64,000 bases of DNA from a bacterium (lineage in GTDB: Bacteria > UBA8248): contig OZ241326.1 in the NCBI GenBank assembly GCA_965199855.1, positions 2,208,001 through 2,272,000 of the forward strand. The letters are read 5' to 3'. The position numbers and the translations under genes are program-made. Below are positions 39,101 to 47,707 of this stretch, piece by piece. The notes below the pieces were generated by a model. The model worked only from the letters and a program-made list of their open reading frames with translations, had not been told where the DNA came from and ran no database searches. The number at the start of each line of letters is the position of its first letter. The first letter of the stretch is position 1.

Positions 39101-39634
39101 CAGAATGCCGCCCCTCACCGCGTATTCGCCGGGAGATTCCACGACCGATCTTCTCAGATACGTCAGCGACTCGAGCGAGCCGATGAACCCGTCGCGATCC
39201 AGCTCCATCCCCTCGCGCAGGGGAATCACGGCGGCGTCCAGCCGGGCGGGCGGAGGGATGCGCGTCGCCATCGCGGCGGCCGTCGTCAGGACGACGCCCC
39301 GCCCCCCGCCGCGCAGAAGCCGCAACGCGGCCATCCTCGCGCCGACGACCTCGCTGGAGGGCGACAGCCTCGAAAACGGATACGCATCCCACGCCGGGAA
39401 GCTCGCCGCCGGCAGGCCGGGCGCGCCCGGGTCGCCCACGAACAGCCTCATGCCCGCCTCTATCGTCTTGAGGCGGCGCGCGTCCTCCTCCACGAAAACG
39501 ACGGGGCCCTCGCGCTCGCGCGCGATTCCCGCCAGCCACCAGGCGATGGCCGCCCCGTTCGCCCCCCGCAGGCGAACGCGCTTCTCCCCCTCGAACGCCC
39601 ACCGAGAGGCCGGGGGCTTATCCGCCACGCGCAT
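36164..39634 (-). CDS. mfd: Transcription-repair coupling factor
   Basis: AVRGGILD, HGVGRY, CGDVGYGKTEVA, DEEHRFGV, TATPIPRT, QLRGRVGR, DLEIRGAG. Confidence 0.97.
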   Translation of the reverse strand: MRVADKPPASRWAFEGEKRVRLRGANGAAIAWWLAGIAREREGPVVFVEEDARRLKTIEAGMRLFVGDPGAPGLPAASFPAWDAYPFSRLSPSSEVVGARMAALRLLRGGGRGVVLTTAAAMATRIPPPARLDAAVIPLREGMELDRDGFIGSLESLTYLRRSVVESPGEYAVRGGILDFFSPQSAWPTRLEFRGDELDSLRDFHPQTQRNLNTRRSVEAFPAREIVLSPEELEDGRRALMEAAGAGTGARVERLLDHLEAEGRFSGIEGLAPMFLAEMSTLFDAAPGDALWVLNEPESLNEAVERLWEEVNEELRLAPERGLVSFEPGLLWLGPEEVREELSIWPRLAFDSLGLDSGGGEEAPEAGETFSAEIINPFRGRVEAFVRQLRAWRERDESVVIAAGEKTLALRVRTLLREHELGVEILPRGAPLLDERRDAALVEGRLGASFRLPDEGRVFFRAEDLLAGAPGGSARSAPRLRPGEGFRDLSENDLVVHAEHGVGRYVGTRVIEHRDGEDEFLTLQYAGGDRLYVPMDDVERIHKYHGAGAAPPLDRLGGTRWGRTKNSVKKSLRGIARDLVRLYSERSAARGHAFSGEGAFDREISAGFEFEETPDQDQAIRDVLEDMERARPMDRLVCGDVGYGKTEVALRAAARAVSAGKQVAVVVPTTLLAHQHRETFGKRFEPLPVRVETLSRFRSRKEQKEVAEGLAHGSVDIVIGTHRLLQKDVAFRDLGLLIVDEEHRFGVSHKEKLKKLRVAVDVLTLTATPIPRTMQMALSGARDLSVIETPPLHRVAPRTYISRFSEKLIREAITKEIDRGGQAFFVHNRVTSLPAMRRLLARLLPDARILVGHGQMKEKELEEVMERFVTRRADVLLCTTIIESGLDIPSVNTIMINRADTFGMAQLYQLRGRVGRDRFQAHAYLLVSAAESLTRRAKERLRALEELSELGGGFRLAMRDLEIRGAGHLLGHRQSGQISAVGFDMYCRLLEEVVQETKGEAVERLEPDVVAPVAGALPSSWIPARAERLEVYRRIASARAPGELRELAVELRDKFGELPARALHLLQLGEIRLRARLCGIKAIHVRGKEARFEVFPGDYELAAAFLDAPGVEPIDARAFRAGVRGRWAEDFDFLVQVMDALEMRRVSGEELAAEEA

Positions 39635-39715
39635 TTTCGGATTCGGCGCGGCGGCGCGCGGGAAGAGAGAGCGGGCGGATCGTTTCTGGCGGCATGAAAA
39701 TTTCCCGGAACCGGC

Positions 39716-40840
39716 CTAGTTCAGCGATTTTCTGGTGATGACGAAATCCCGAAGCACGTTGGAGGGGTTTTTGGGCAGGGCGACGTTCGCGCCGTTCAGC
39801 GATACCCGCGCTCCCGCGATGTTTCCCAGGGTGAGGGTGAATTTCCCGGACGCCCTCCAGCTCTTCTCCTCGCCCGCCAGCAAAAGGAATTCTTCCACGC
39901 CTTCCGCGTCGGCGATGATCCGCACCCACGTATCCCCGAGGGCGAAAATCCTCAGCGTGAGCGGAAAAGCGGCGGTCTCCGGGGTTCGACGCTCCCGCGG
40001 CGCGCCGGCAGCGGGAGGGTTCTCCCGCGTCGGGGGATTCCCGCCGGCCGGCGCGCTCGCCGCCGGGGGAGCGTCTTGAGCGGCAGGCGTCTTCTCCGCC
40101 GGGGCCCGCTCCGCGGGCGGAGAATTTCCCGGCGGGGCGCTTTCCCCGCCCGAAGCGTCCTCCCGCGCCCGCGGAGGCGCGCCGGGCGACGGGTTCTCCT
40201 TCTCCTCACCAGGGGACGCCTGCGGCGCGGCCGGGAGGGAGGAGCGAGCCCGCTCCGGCGCCTGCTCCTTCACCACGGAGGCGGTCGCCTCCCGCTCCCG
40301 CGCGTCCCGGCCGCCGTCCGCCTTCGTCATCAAGGGGGGAGCGTTGGCGGCGGGCGTGAGCGCGGCCCTGATTCTGGCGGGGAGCGACCCGACGAAAGCG
40401 AGCGGGTTCGTCTCTCCCTTCACGAGCCAGAGAGCCCCGCCGCCGGCGAGAAGAAAAAGCAGCACGGGCAGGGCGGCCGCCACGAATTTGACGCGCTGCT
40501 GCCGGCGGGAAGGACTGAAGCGGGCCTGGAGGTCGGAATCCGCCCCCGGCCGGTTCAACGCGGGGCCGAGCCCGATTTCCCGCCTGAAGGCGGCGGCCGC
40601 GGCGTCGGCGTCCACGCCAATCTCCTCCGCGAAGGCGCGAACGAACCCCACGCCGACCGGGCCCCTCGGCAGTCGGTCGAAAGACCCGCTTTCGATGCCT
40701 TCGAGATAATACGATCGGATTCGCGTCCGGTCGGATATGACGCGAAGGGACAGCGCCTTCTCCTCGCGGGCGCTCCGCAGGAAAGGCCCTATCCCCTCCT
40801 CTTCCATCCGCGCCATGATTTCCGGGTCGGTTTCCGCCAT
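39716..40840 (-). CDS. RodZ-like HTH / DUF4115 membrane protein
   Basis: N-terminal HTH (IGPFLRSARE...TRIR..YLEGIE), single TM, Pro/Ala linker, C-terminal TWVRI...LGN..G. Confidence 0.85.
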   Translation of the reverse strand: MAETDPEIMARMEEEGIGPFLRSAREEKALSLRVISDRTRIRSYYLEGIESGSFDRLPRGPVGVGFVRAFAEEIGVDADAAAAAFRREIGLGPALNRPGADSDLQARFSPSRRQQRVKFVAAALPVLLFLLAGGGALWLVKGETNPLAFVGSLPARIRAALTPAANAPPLMTKADGGRDAREREATASVVKEQAPERARSSLPAAPQASPGEEKENPSPGAPPRAREDASGGESAPPGNSPPAERAPAEKTPAAQDAPPAASAPAGGNPPTRENPPAAGAPRERRTPETAAFPLTLRIFALGDTWVRIIADAEGVEEFLLLAGEEKSWRASGKFTLTLGNIAGARVSLNGANVALPKNPSNVLRDFVITRKSLN

Positions 40841-40988
40841 CACCCGTCCCCTCTTCTCGAAGCCCAACGAAACAAGTCGGGGCCGGAAGGAGCAGTATAC
40901 GCGCAAGGAGGCCGAAAGTCAACGCTCGGGAGGCGCCGCCCCTTCGCGTCGGGGAGAATCCCCCCCGCGCGGCGCGCGAAGCGGCGGC

Positions 40989-41858
40989 TCAGGGAAGGAT
41001 GGAGAGAATCGCGGGCGTCACGTCGCGGATGCTGGGGTTCGCCGCGTCCGCGAGCAGGACGTCGGCGTGTTTGCCGTAGAGCAGTATCGGGACGGGGTTT
41101 TTCGTGTGGGAGGAGGTCGAGGCGTCCTCCACGTTTCCGTGATCGCTGCTCAGGACGAACGTATCCTCCCCCGCGTCGAGCCGCCGCAGCGCGGCGCGCA
41201 AAAACCCGTTCAAATCCCTTAAAACCTCGAAGGCGTCGTCCGCGCCTCCGCGGTGGCCGACGTGGTCGGTGTGAAAAAACTCGTAGATCAGCAAATCCCT
41301 TCTCTTCGCCAGTTTTCCGAGGCGATCGCCCGCCTCCGCGGCGTCGAGCCCCGCCACCTCGTGGCCCTGCTCCGCCGCGATCCCGTTCGTGTAGTCCCGA
41401 TAGACGGCCTCTCCCCGCGCGAGATCCTCCAGGCGGTTCAGGGGGATTCCCGCGCTTTCGGCCATCACCGTGGTCACGGAGCGTCTGCGGGCGCGCCCGC
41501 GCGCGAAGAAAGGGGGCGTATAGGCGTTGGCGAACCCGACGAGCGCGCCCCGCTCCCGCGCGCGCCTGAGCAGGCCGCTTCGGCAGACGAGGCGGCGCAG
41601 GCGCTCGTTCGGCAGCCCCTGGCGGTGGCCGCCCTCCAGTTCGGGCGCGTTCGCGCCCGTGAACAGCGCGGCGCCTCCCGTCGCGCTCTGGGGAACGCCC
41701 CCGACGCCGAGGCGGGCGTCCGCCTCGATGAGCCTGAAGCCGGGCGCCCGCCCGCCGCGCAAAAGCGCCAGCGGCGGCTCCTCCAGCCCCGAGAGGGGAT
41801 TGTCCGGCCCCGGCGGGGCGACGCCCAGGCCGTCCACGAACACGAAAAGAACGGCCAT
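40989..41858 (-). CDS. Metalloenzyme of the alkaline-phosphatase superfamily (phosphoglycerate mutase/phosphopentomutase-like)
   Basis: FVDGLG, PQSATG, TDHVGH, SSDHGNVED, HTKNPVP. Confidence 0.8.
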   Translation of the reverse strand: MAVLFVFVDGLGVAPPGPDNPLSGLEEPPLALLRGGRAPGFRLIEADARLGVGGVPQSATGGAALFTGANAPELEGGHRQGLPNERLRRLVCRSGLLRRARERGALVGFANAYTPPFFARGRARRRSVTTVMAESAGIPLNRLEDLARGEAVYRDYTNGIAAEQGHEVAGLDAAEAGDRLGKLAKRRDLLIYEFFHTDHVGHRGGADDAFEVLRDLNGFLRAALRRLDAGEDTFVLSSDHGNVEDASTSSHTKNPVPILLYGKHADVLLADAANPSIRDVTPAILSILP

Positions 41859-41859
41859 G

Positions 41860-42879
41860 CTAGAGCGTTCGTCCGACGGCCTCTGCGAACGCCCGCAGCT
41901 CCCCGAGCAGGGCGGCGAACCGCTCGGGCTTGAGCGACTGCGGCCCGTCGCTCATCGCCTTTTCGGGCTCGGGGTGGAGTTCGAGCATCAGGCCGTCCGC
42001 CCCGACGGCCACGGCCGCCTTCGCCAGGGGCGCGACGAACCGCCAGGCACCCGCCGCGTGGCTCGGGTCCACCACCACCGGCAGGTGCGTCTGCTCCTTG
42101 AGCACCGGCACGGCGCTGATGTCCAGCGTGTTGCGCGTGGCCGTCTCGAAGGTTCGTATCCCCCGCTCGCACAGCACCACGTTCGGGTTTCCCTGGCTCA
42201 TGACGTATTCCGCCGACATCAGGAACTCCTCGATCGTCGTGGACATGCCGCGCTTGAGGAAGATGGTCTTGTTCGTCCGGCCGACCTTCTTCAGCAGGGA
42301 GAAGTTCTGCACGTTGCGCGCGCCGATCTGCAGGACGTCCGCGTAGGCGCAGCACGCCGCGATGTCCTCGGAGTCCATCACCTCCGTCTGGACGGGAAGC
42401 CCCGTCCTCTCGCGCGCCTCCGCGAGGAGCCTGAGGCCCTCCTCCGCCATGCCCTGGAAGCTGTAGGGCGAGGTGCGCGGCTTGTAGGCGCCGCCCCGCA
42501 GCACGTGGCCGCCGCCCGCCTTCACGGCCTCGGCGGACTTCAGTATCTGCTCCCGGTTCTCCACCGAGCACGGCCCGCCGATGACGACGATGCGCTCGCC
42601 GCCGATTTCCACCCCCTCGCCCATCGGCAGACGGCTGGGCTCGGACCTGCCCTCCGCGCTCGCCAGCTTGAAGGGCTTGAGAATGGGCGTCACGCTCTCC
42701 ACGCCGTTCAGCGAGACGAGCGACTCCAGCATGTATTTTCCGCGCTCGTCCCCGATGGCGCCGATCACCGTGCGCTCCACCCCTTCCATGACGTGTTCCT
42801 TGTAGCCGAGTTCGTTGATGCTCCTGATGGCGTTTTTCACCTCATCCTTCGTCGCGCCGCGCTTCATCACGATAATCAA
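41860..42879 (-). CDS. aroF: DAHP synthase type I-beta with N-terminal regulatory domain
   Basis: TTG start (MIIVMK) after GGAAGGAGG RBS; [35 protein letters not shown]. Confidence 0.95.
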   Translation of the reverse strand: MIIVMKRGATKDEVKNAIRSINELGYKEHVMEGVERTVIGAIGDERGKYMLESLVSLNGVESVTPILKPFKLASAEGRSEPSRLPMGEGVEIGGERIVVIGGPCSVENREQILKSAEAVKAGGGHVLRGGAYKPRTSPYSFQGMAEEGLRLLAEARERTGLPVQTEVMDSEDIAACCAYADVLQIGARNVQNFSLLKKVGRTNKTIFLKRGMSTTIEEFLMSAEYVMSQGNPNVVLCERGIRTFETATRNTLDISAVPVLKEQTHLPVVVDPSHAAGAWRFVAPLAKAAVAVGADGLMLELHPEPEKAMSDGPQSLKPERFAALLGELRAFAEAVGRTL

Positions 42880-42923
42880 GCCGAACCTCCTTCCATCCGC
42901 GCGGAACCCGCGCGCGTCTCCCC

Positions 42924-42958
42924 AAAAAAATCGCCGCGAGGCCGGAAGCCCACGGCGA
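42924..42958 (-). terminator. Attenuator terminator upstream of aroF
   Basis: Minus strand TCGCCGTGGGC-TTCCG-GCCTCGCGGCGA followed by T7. Confidence 0.8.
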
Positions 42959-43015
42959 ACGTTCCTGCTCAGCGTCCGGTGGCGGGCGGCTCGTCCGCCC
43001 CCCGCCGCTCGGGTC

Positions 43016-43081
43016 TTACGAAACGGCGGGCGGACGGACGGTGATAAAGCCGAAAAAGAAGCGCCCGCCAATCGCCCGCAT
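43016..43081 (-). CDS. Phe-rich leader peptide [21 protein letters not shown]
   Basis: 21 codons with 4 Phe in 5 positions, upstream GGAG RBS, located between a promoter and the terminator before aroF. Confidence 0.8.
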   Translation of the reverse strand: MRAIGGRFFFGFITVRPPAVS

Positions 43082-43102
43082 CGCGTCCGTCTCCCGGAAA
43101 TT

Positions 43103-44473
43103 TCATCTTTCGCCGAAAAACAAGGGCTTACGATAATCCCGAAGGGAGGGAGCGTCAACCCCCGACGGCGGCGATTCCCGGATGGGCGGCGAGGGGGGCG
43201 ATCCCCGGTCATCGCCCCGCGCCCGAGGAGCCGCCGGAAAAGAGACGGGTTCGGGAGAAAAGCCGCCCGCCCGCGCGTGAAAAAACGGTCGGACGCGCGA
43301 ACCCCCGCGCGCTATTTCCTCGTTCTTCCCGCTCCGGCGGCTCCGCCCCGCCCGGGGCGGCCGGACGAGCCTGCCGCCCAGAACCACGTGCGCGGCCTCG
43401 AGCATCCGGCTCCCCGCGCGCCGCGCCCCCATGCAGTCCTCGAAGGAGAACCTGCCCTCCTTCATCCGGAACACGGCGACGTCGCCCCGGGCGCCCTTCT
43501 TGAGCGTCCCCACCTCGTCTTTCAGGCCAATCCACTCCGCCGCCGTCTGCGCGCTGAGCCGCACCACCTCGGAGAGGGGAAAGCCGAGCGCCAGAAACTT
43601 GCTCATCAGGGTCGGAAAGTCATACACCGGCCCATGAAGGCAGTGGGCATGGAGGTCGGTGCTCAGGTTGCCCGGCATGAGGCCCTGGGCCATGGCCCTC
43701 TCCAGAATCTCGAAGCTGAAGCTCGAGCGCCCGTGGGCTACGTCGAGCAGGACGCCCGCATCCCGCGCCTCCCACACCGCGCGGCGCACCCGGCCCCGCC
43801 TGTCCAGAATGTTCTCGCGCCGGCCGTGAAACGCATGGGTGAGCACGTCGCCCGGGCGGAGTTTCCTGAGAATTCTCGAGAGGGGGACGGGCGTATCCCC
43901 CACGTGCGCCATGAGCGGAACCTTGAGGAACTCCGCCGCCTCGAGCGCCGCGTCCAGGGGCCTGGCGCCGCTGCCCTCCACCACGTTGCGGCTCAGGCGC
44001 ACCTTCATGCCGATGAGATGCTCGCGGTTCCTCTCGTAGCACTCCACCGCCCTGTCCACCCGAAGCGCGCGCATGTCGACGTTCTCGCCCAGGCCGTCGA
44101 TGAGAAGCCCGCCCTCGGAGATGTTCAGATAGGCGCGAACCGTCGGCCGCGCCTTCTCCAGGAACCATTTCCGGAAGGCCGGATAGGTCTGCGCGCCGGC
44201 GCTGCCCGTGTCCACCGCCGTCGTCACCCCGCGCGCGAGCATCGCCGCCTCCAGGCTCACGCCGTAGTGGGTCACGCCCTCGTAGAAGTGGCAGTGGAGA
44301 TCGACCAGGCCCGGTGTGACGATTTTCCCCGCGGCGTTCAGGGCGCGCCTCCCCGCGGGATCGATGCGGGGCGCCACCCTCCGCACGCGGCCGCCGGCGA
44401 TTTCCACGTCCATCGTCCCCTCCAGCCCCTGGGAGGGATCGATGACGTAGCCGCCGCGTATGACGATGTCCAT
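43103..44473 (-). CDS. Amidohydrolase/deacetylase family metallohydrolase (dihydroorotase-like); 3' end doubtful
   Basis: [50 protein letters not shown]. Confidence 0.88.
   Translation of the reverse strand: MDIVIRGGYVIDPSQGLEGTMDVEIAGGRVRRVAPRIDPAGRRALNAAGKIVTPGLVDLHCHFYEGVTHYGVSLEAAMLARGVTTAVDTGSAGAQTYPAFRKWFLEKARPTVRAYLNISEGGLLIDGLGENVDMRALRVDRAVECYERNREHLIGMKVRLSRNVVEGSGARPLDAALEAAEFLKVPLMAHVGDTPVPLSRILRKLRPGDVLTHAFHGRRENILDRRGRVRRAVWEARDAGVLLDVAHGRSSFSFEILERAMAQGLMPGNLSTDLHAHCLHGPVYDFPTLMSKFLALGFPLSEVVRLSAQTAAEWIGLKDEVGTLKKGARGDVAVFRMKEGRFSFEDCMGARRAGSRMLEAAHVVLGGRLVRPPRAGRSRRSGKNEEIARGGSRVRPFFHARAGGFSPEPVSFPAAPRARGDDRGSPPSPPIRESPPSGVDAPSLRDYRKPLFFGER
43130..43158 (-). promoter_or_regulatory. 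Putative sigma70 promoter of the aroF leader
   Basis: TTGACG-N17-TATCGT. Confidence 0.65.
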
Positions 44474-44655
44474 CCCCGAAGCTCCCCGGAGAAGCGAGGC
44501 GCGCGCCGGAATCCCCGGCGAGGCCCGGCGCAATCCCGAATCGCCGGGACGCGGCGCCGCTCCGCCGGGCGCGTTGACACGCAATCGCCGCAGGGTGGAT
44601 CATGGCGGGCGTCGAGCGCAACCATCATCCCAAACCAGCCTGCGGGAGCCGCGAG

Positions 44656-45828
44656 ATGAGCCTGCAAACCGAAGCCGCGCTTCAGTTCGACCTGGACGAC
44701 ACGCAAAAGATGCTTCGCCGGACGGTGCGGGAGCTCTCCGAGCGCCACATCGCCCCGCGCGCCGCCGAAATCGACGAGAACGAGGAATACCCCGAAGACA
44801 TCTATCAGATGCAGAAGGAGCACGGCCTCCTCGGCATCTTCTTCCCCGAGGAATACGGCGGCGGCGGAATGGGCTTTCTGGGCGGCTGCGTCGCCATCGA
44901 GGAGATCGCGCGCTTCTGCTCGAACTCCCCGCTCTTCATCGTGCTCAACATGCTCTCGAGCCGCGTCATCGACCTGAGCGGCACGCCGGAGCAGAAGACG
45001 CATTATATGACGGGCCTCGCCAGGGGCGAACTTCGGGGCTCCTACGCCCTCACGGAGCCCCACGCGGGCTCCGACGCCGGGAACATCCGCACGCGCGCCG
45101 TCCGGGAGGGCGAGGAGTGGGTCATCAACGGGACGAAATGCTTCTGCACGGGACCCGACAAGGCGGACTTCATCACCGTCGCCGCCAAGACCGACCCCGG
45201 CGCGGGCGCGCGGGGCATCACCTACTACGTCGTCCCCACGGACGCGCCCGGCTTCAGCATCGACAAGCACGAGCGCAAGATGGGGATGCGCGGCATCTCG
45301 ACCTGCATGCTGCGCTTCGACAGCGTGGCCGTGCCCCTCGAGAACCAGATCGGCGAGCTGAACCAGGGCTTCAGAACCGCGATGATCGGCTTCAACCAGA
45401 TGCGGCCCGCCATCGGCGCGCGCGCGGTCGGCCTCGCCCAGGGGTGCCTCGACTACGCCGCGGGCTACGCGAAGGAGCGCGAGGCCTTCGGGAAGCCCAT
45501 CGCCCGCCACCAGGCCGTCCAGTTCATGCTCGCCGACATGTTCATGGACATCGAGGCGTCGCGCCTGCTCGTCTATCGCGCCGCCTCGATGGTGGACGCC
45601 GGACAAATCGGCAAGGAGAACGCCCGGTATTTCTCGACGGCCAAGACCTACGCGGCCGACATGGCGATGAAGTGCGCGATAGACGGCATCCAGGTGCTGG
45701 GCGGGGCGGGCTACATGAAGGATCACCCGCTCGAGCGCTTCATGCGCGACGCCAAGCAGATCCAGATCGTCGAGGGGACGAGCCAGATTCAGCGGATCAT
45801 CATCGCCCGCAACCTGCTCGACCTCTAG
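44656..45828 (+). CDS. Acyl-CoA dehydrogenase 1
   Basis: ALTEPHAGSD, INGTKCF, KMGMRG, REAFGKPI, QVLGGAGY, EGTSQIQR. Confidence 0.95.
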   Translation: MSLQTEAALQFDLDDTQKMLRRTVRELSERHIAPRAAEIDENEEYPEDIYQMQKEHGLLGIFFPEEYGGGGMGFLGGCVAIEEIARFCSNSPLFIVLNMLSSRVIDLSGTPEQKTHYMTGLARGELRGSYALTEPHAGSDAGNIRTRAVREGEEWVINGTKCFCTGPDKADFITVAAKTDPGAGARGITYYVVPTDAPGFSIDKHERKMGMRGISTCMLRFDSVAVPLENQIGELNQGFRTAMIGFNQMRPAIGARAVGLAQGCLDYAAGYAKEREAFGKPIARHQAVQFMLADMFMDIEASRLLVYRAASMVDAGQIGKENARYFSTAKTYAADMAMKCAIDGIQVLGGAGYMKDHPLERFMRDAKQIQIVEGTSQIQRIIIARNLLDL

Positions 45829-45840
45829 GAGCGCGCGGAG

Positions 45841-47010
45841 GTGGGGCCGGGGGCGGAGCCGCCCGCCGCGTTCGGGCTGAGCCGGGCGCAGCGAGCGCTG
45901 GGAGAGAGGGTCTATGCGCTGAGCCGCCGCCGCGTCGCGCCCCGCGCCGCCGACATCGACGAAAGCGGGGAATACCCCGAGGATATTTTCCAGCTCCTGA
46001 AGTCCCGCGGCCTCCTCGGCCTCTACGTCCCCGAAGAATACGGCGGGGCGGGCCTCGGCGTCCTGGAGACGTGCGTCGCCATCGAGCAGATGGCGCGCTT
46101 CTGCTCGAACTCTCCCCTTTTCTTCTCCGTCCACCTGCTCGCCACCCGCGCCGTCGCCATAGGCGGAACCGGGGCGCAGAAGAGCGTCTGGCTCCGCGGC
46201 GTAGCCCGGGGCGAGCTGCGCCCCGCCTTCTCGCTCACCGAGCCGCACGCGGGCTCCGACGCCGCGAACATATCGGCGCGCGCGGCGCGGGAGGGGGACT
46301 CGTGGGTCATCAACGGCCAGAAGTGCTACTGCACCGGCGCGAGCGTCGCCGACTTCCTCACCGTGGCGGCGAAGACCGAGGCCGGGGCGGGGGCGCGCGG
46401 CGTCTCCTTCTTCATCGTTCCCAAGGGCGAATTCCGGGTGGGCCGCCGCGAGAGGAAGATGGGGATGCGGGGAATCCCCACCTGCGAGGTGTTTTTGGAG
46501 AACGCCCACGTCCCCCTCGAAAACATCATCGGCGATCGGGCGACGGGCTTCAGAACCGCCATGCTCGGCTTCAACCAGGCGCGGCCCGCCATCGGCGCGC
46601 GCGCGGTCGGCCTCGCCCAGGGGTGCCTCGACCACGCCGCGGGCTACGCCAAGGAGCGCGAGGCCTTCGGGAAGCCCATCGCCCGCCATCAGGCCGTCCA
46701 GTTCATGCTCGCCGACATGTTCATGGACGTCGAGGCGTCGCGCCTGCTCGTTTACCGCGCCGCCTCGATGGTGGATAATGGGCGCTATCAAAAGGAGGAC
46801 GCGCATTTCATCTGCGCCGCGAAGTGCTTCGCGTCCGACGCGGCCATGAAGGCGGCCGTGGACGCGGTTCAGACCCTGGGCGGGGCGGGCTATACGAGGG
46901 ATCACCCGCTCGAGCGGTTTATGAGAGACGCCAAGCAGCTGCAAATCATCGAGGGGACGAACCAGATTCAGCGCATGGCGATCGCCCGGAATCTGCTGGG
47001 CCTGAACTGA
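45841..47010 (+). CDS. Acyl-CoA dehydrogenase 2
   Basis: SLTEPHAGSD, INGQKCY, KMGMRG, QTLGGAGY, EGTNQIQR. Confidence 0.95.
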   Translation: MGPGAEPPAAFGLSRAQRALGERVYALSRRRVAPRAADIDESGEYPEDIFQLLKSRGLLGLYVPEEYGGAGLGVLETCVAIEQMARFCSNSPLFFSVHLLATRAVAIGGTGAQKSVWLRGVARGELRPAFSLTEPHAGSDAANISARAAREGDSWVINGQKCYCTGASVADFLTVAAKTEAGAGARGVSFFIVPKGEFRVGRRERKMGMRGIPTCEVFLENAHVPLENIIGDRATGFRTAMLGFNQARPAIGARAVGLAQGCLDHAAGYAKEREAFGKPIARHQAVQFMLADMFMDVEASRLLVYRAASMVDNGRYQKEDAHFICAAKCFASDAAMKAAVDAVQTLGGAGYTRDHPLERFMRDAKQLQIIEGTNQIQRMAIARNLLGLN

Positions 47011-47040
47011 CGCCTCGCTTCCCGCCGCCGGAGGTTACGG

Positions 47041-47661
47041 ATGAGCCGGACCATTGAAATTCTCACGCCCACCTCGTTCGTCCGCGCGGGCGATCATCCC
47101 CTGGCGGCGCGGCCGGGAGAGCTCGGCGGACTCAGAATCGGCTTTTTCCACAACAACAAGCCGAACGCCGACGCCCTCCTGGAGCGCATCGAGGAGCTCC
47201 TCGCGCGGGAGGACGAAACCCTCCGCTTCGTCCGCTGGGGAAAGCCGAACCCGACGCTGCCGGAGGCGCGCCTCGGCGAGTTCATCAAGCAGGTGGACGC
47301 GGCCGTCTGCGCGGTGGGCGACTGAGGCAGCTGCACGTCGTGGAGTATCCACGACGCGGTGGAGATGGAGAAAGCGGGGATTCCGACGGCCACGTTCTGC
47401 TCCAGCGAATTCTCCGCCCTGGGCGCGAACGAGCGGGTCGCCCTGGGGATGCCGGGCCTTCCGATAGTCGTCGTGCCGCACCCCGTGGGGGGGATTCCGC
47501 CCGAACGGGCGCGCGCCCTGGGGGACGCGGCGCTGGACGAGGTTCGGCGCGTCCTCACGGAGGACGCGGAATCGCTGCGAAGGGAATACCGCGAGCGCGC
47601 CTACGCCCCGCCCCGCCGGACGGTGCGCCACAAGGCGCTTTTCGCCCGGGGGTCGGCGTGA
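47041..47661 (+). CDS. UGSC-family selenoprotein (TGA 47323-47325 read as Sec), 206 aa
   Basis: Track ORFs 47041..47325 and 47359..47661 are in one frame: ...AVGD-U-GSCTSWSIHDAVEMEKAGIP...PHPVGG; hairpin immediately 3' of the TGA. Confidence 0.88.
47336..47356 (+). promoter_or_regulatory. Putative bacterial SECIS hairpin
   Basis: CGTCGTGGA-GTA-TCCACGACG perfect 9-bp stem beginning 10 nt after the TGA, with G in the apical loop. Confidence 0.75.
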
Positions 47662-47707
47662 GACGCCGGACGGACGGGAGCGCGCGCGGCGCAAGCGGGA
47701 GCGCGGC

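Noticed and set aside
39960-40330. Pro/Ala-rich quasi-repeats in the RodZ-like gene
   Set aside because: Ordinary disordered linker for this family
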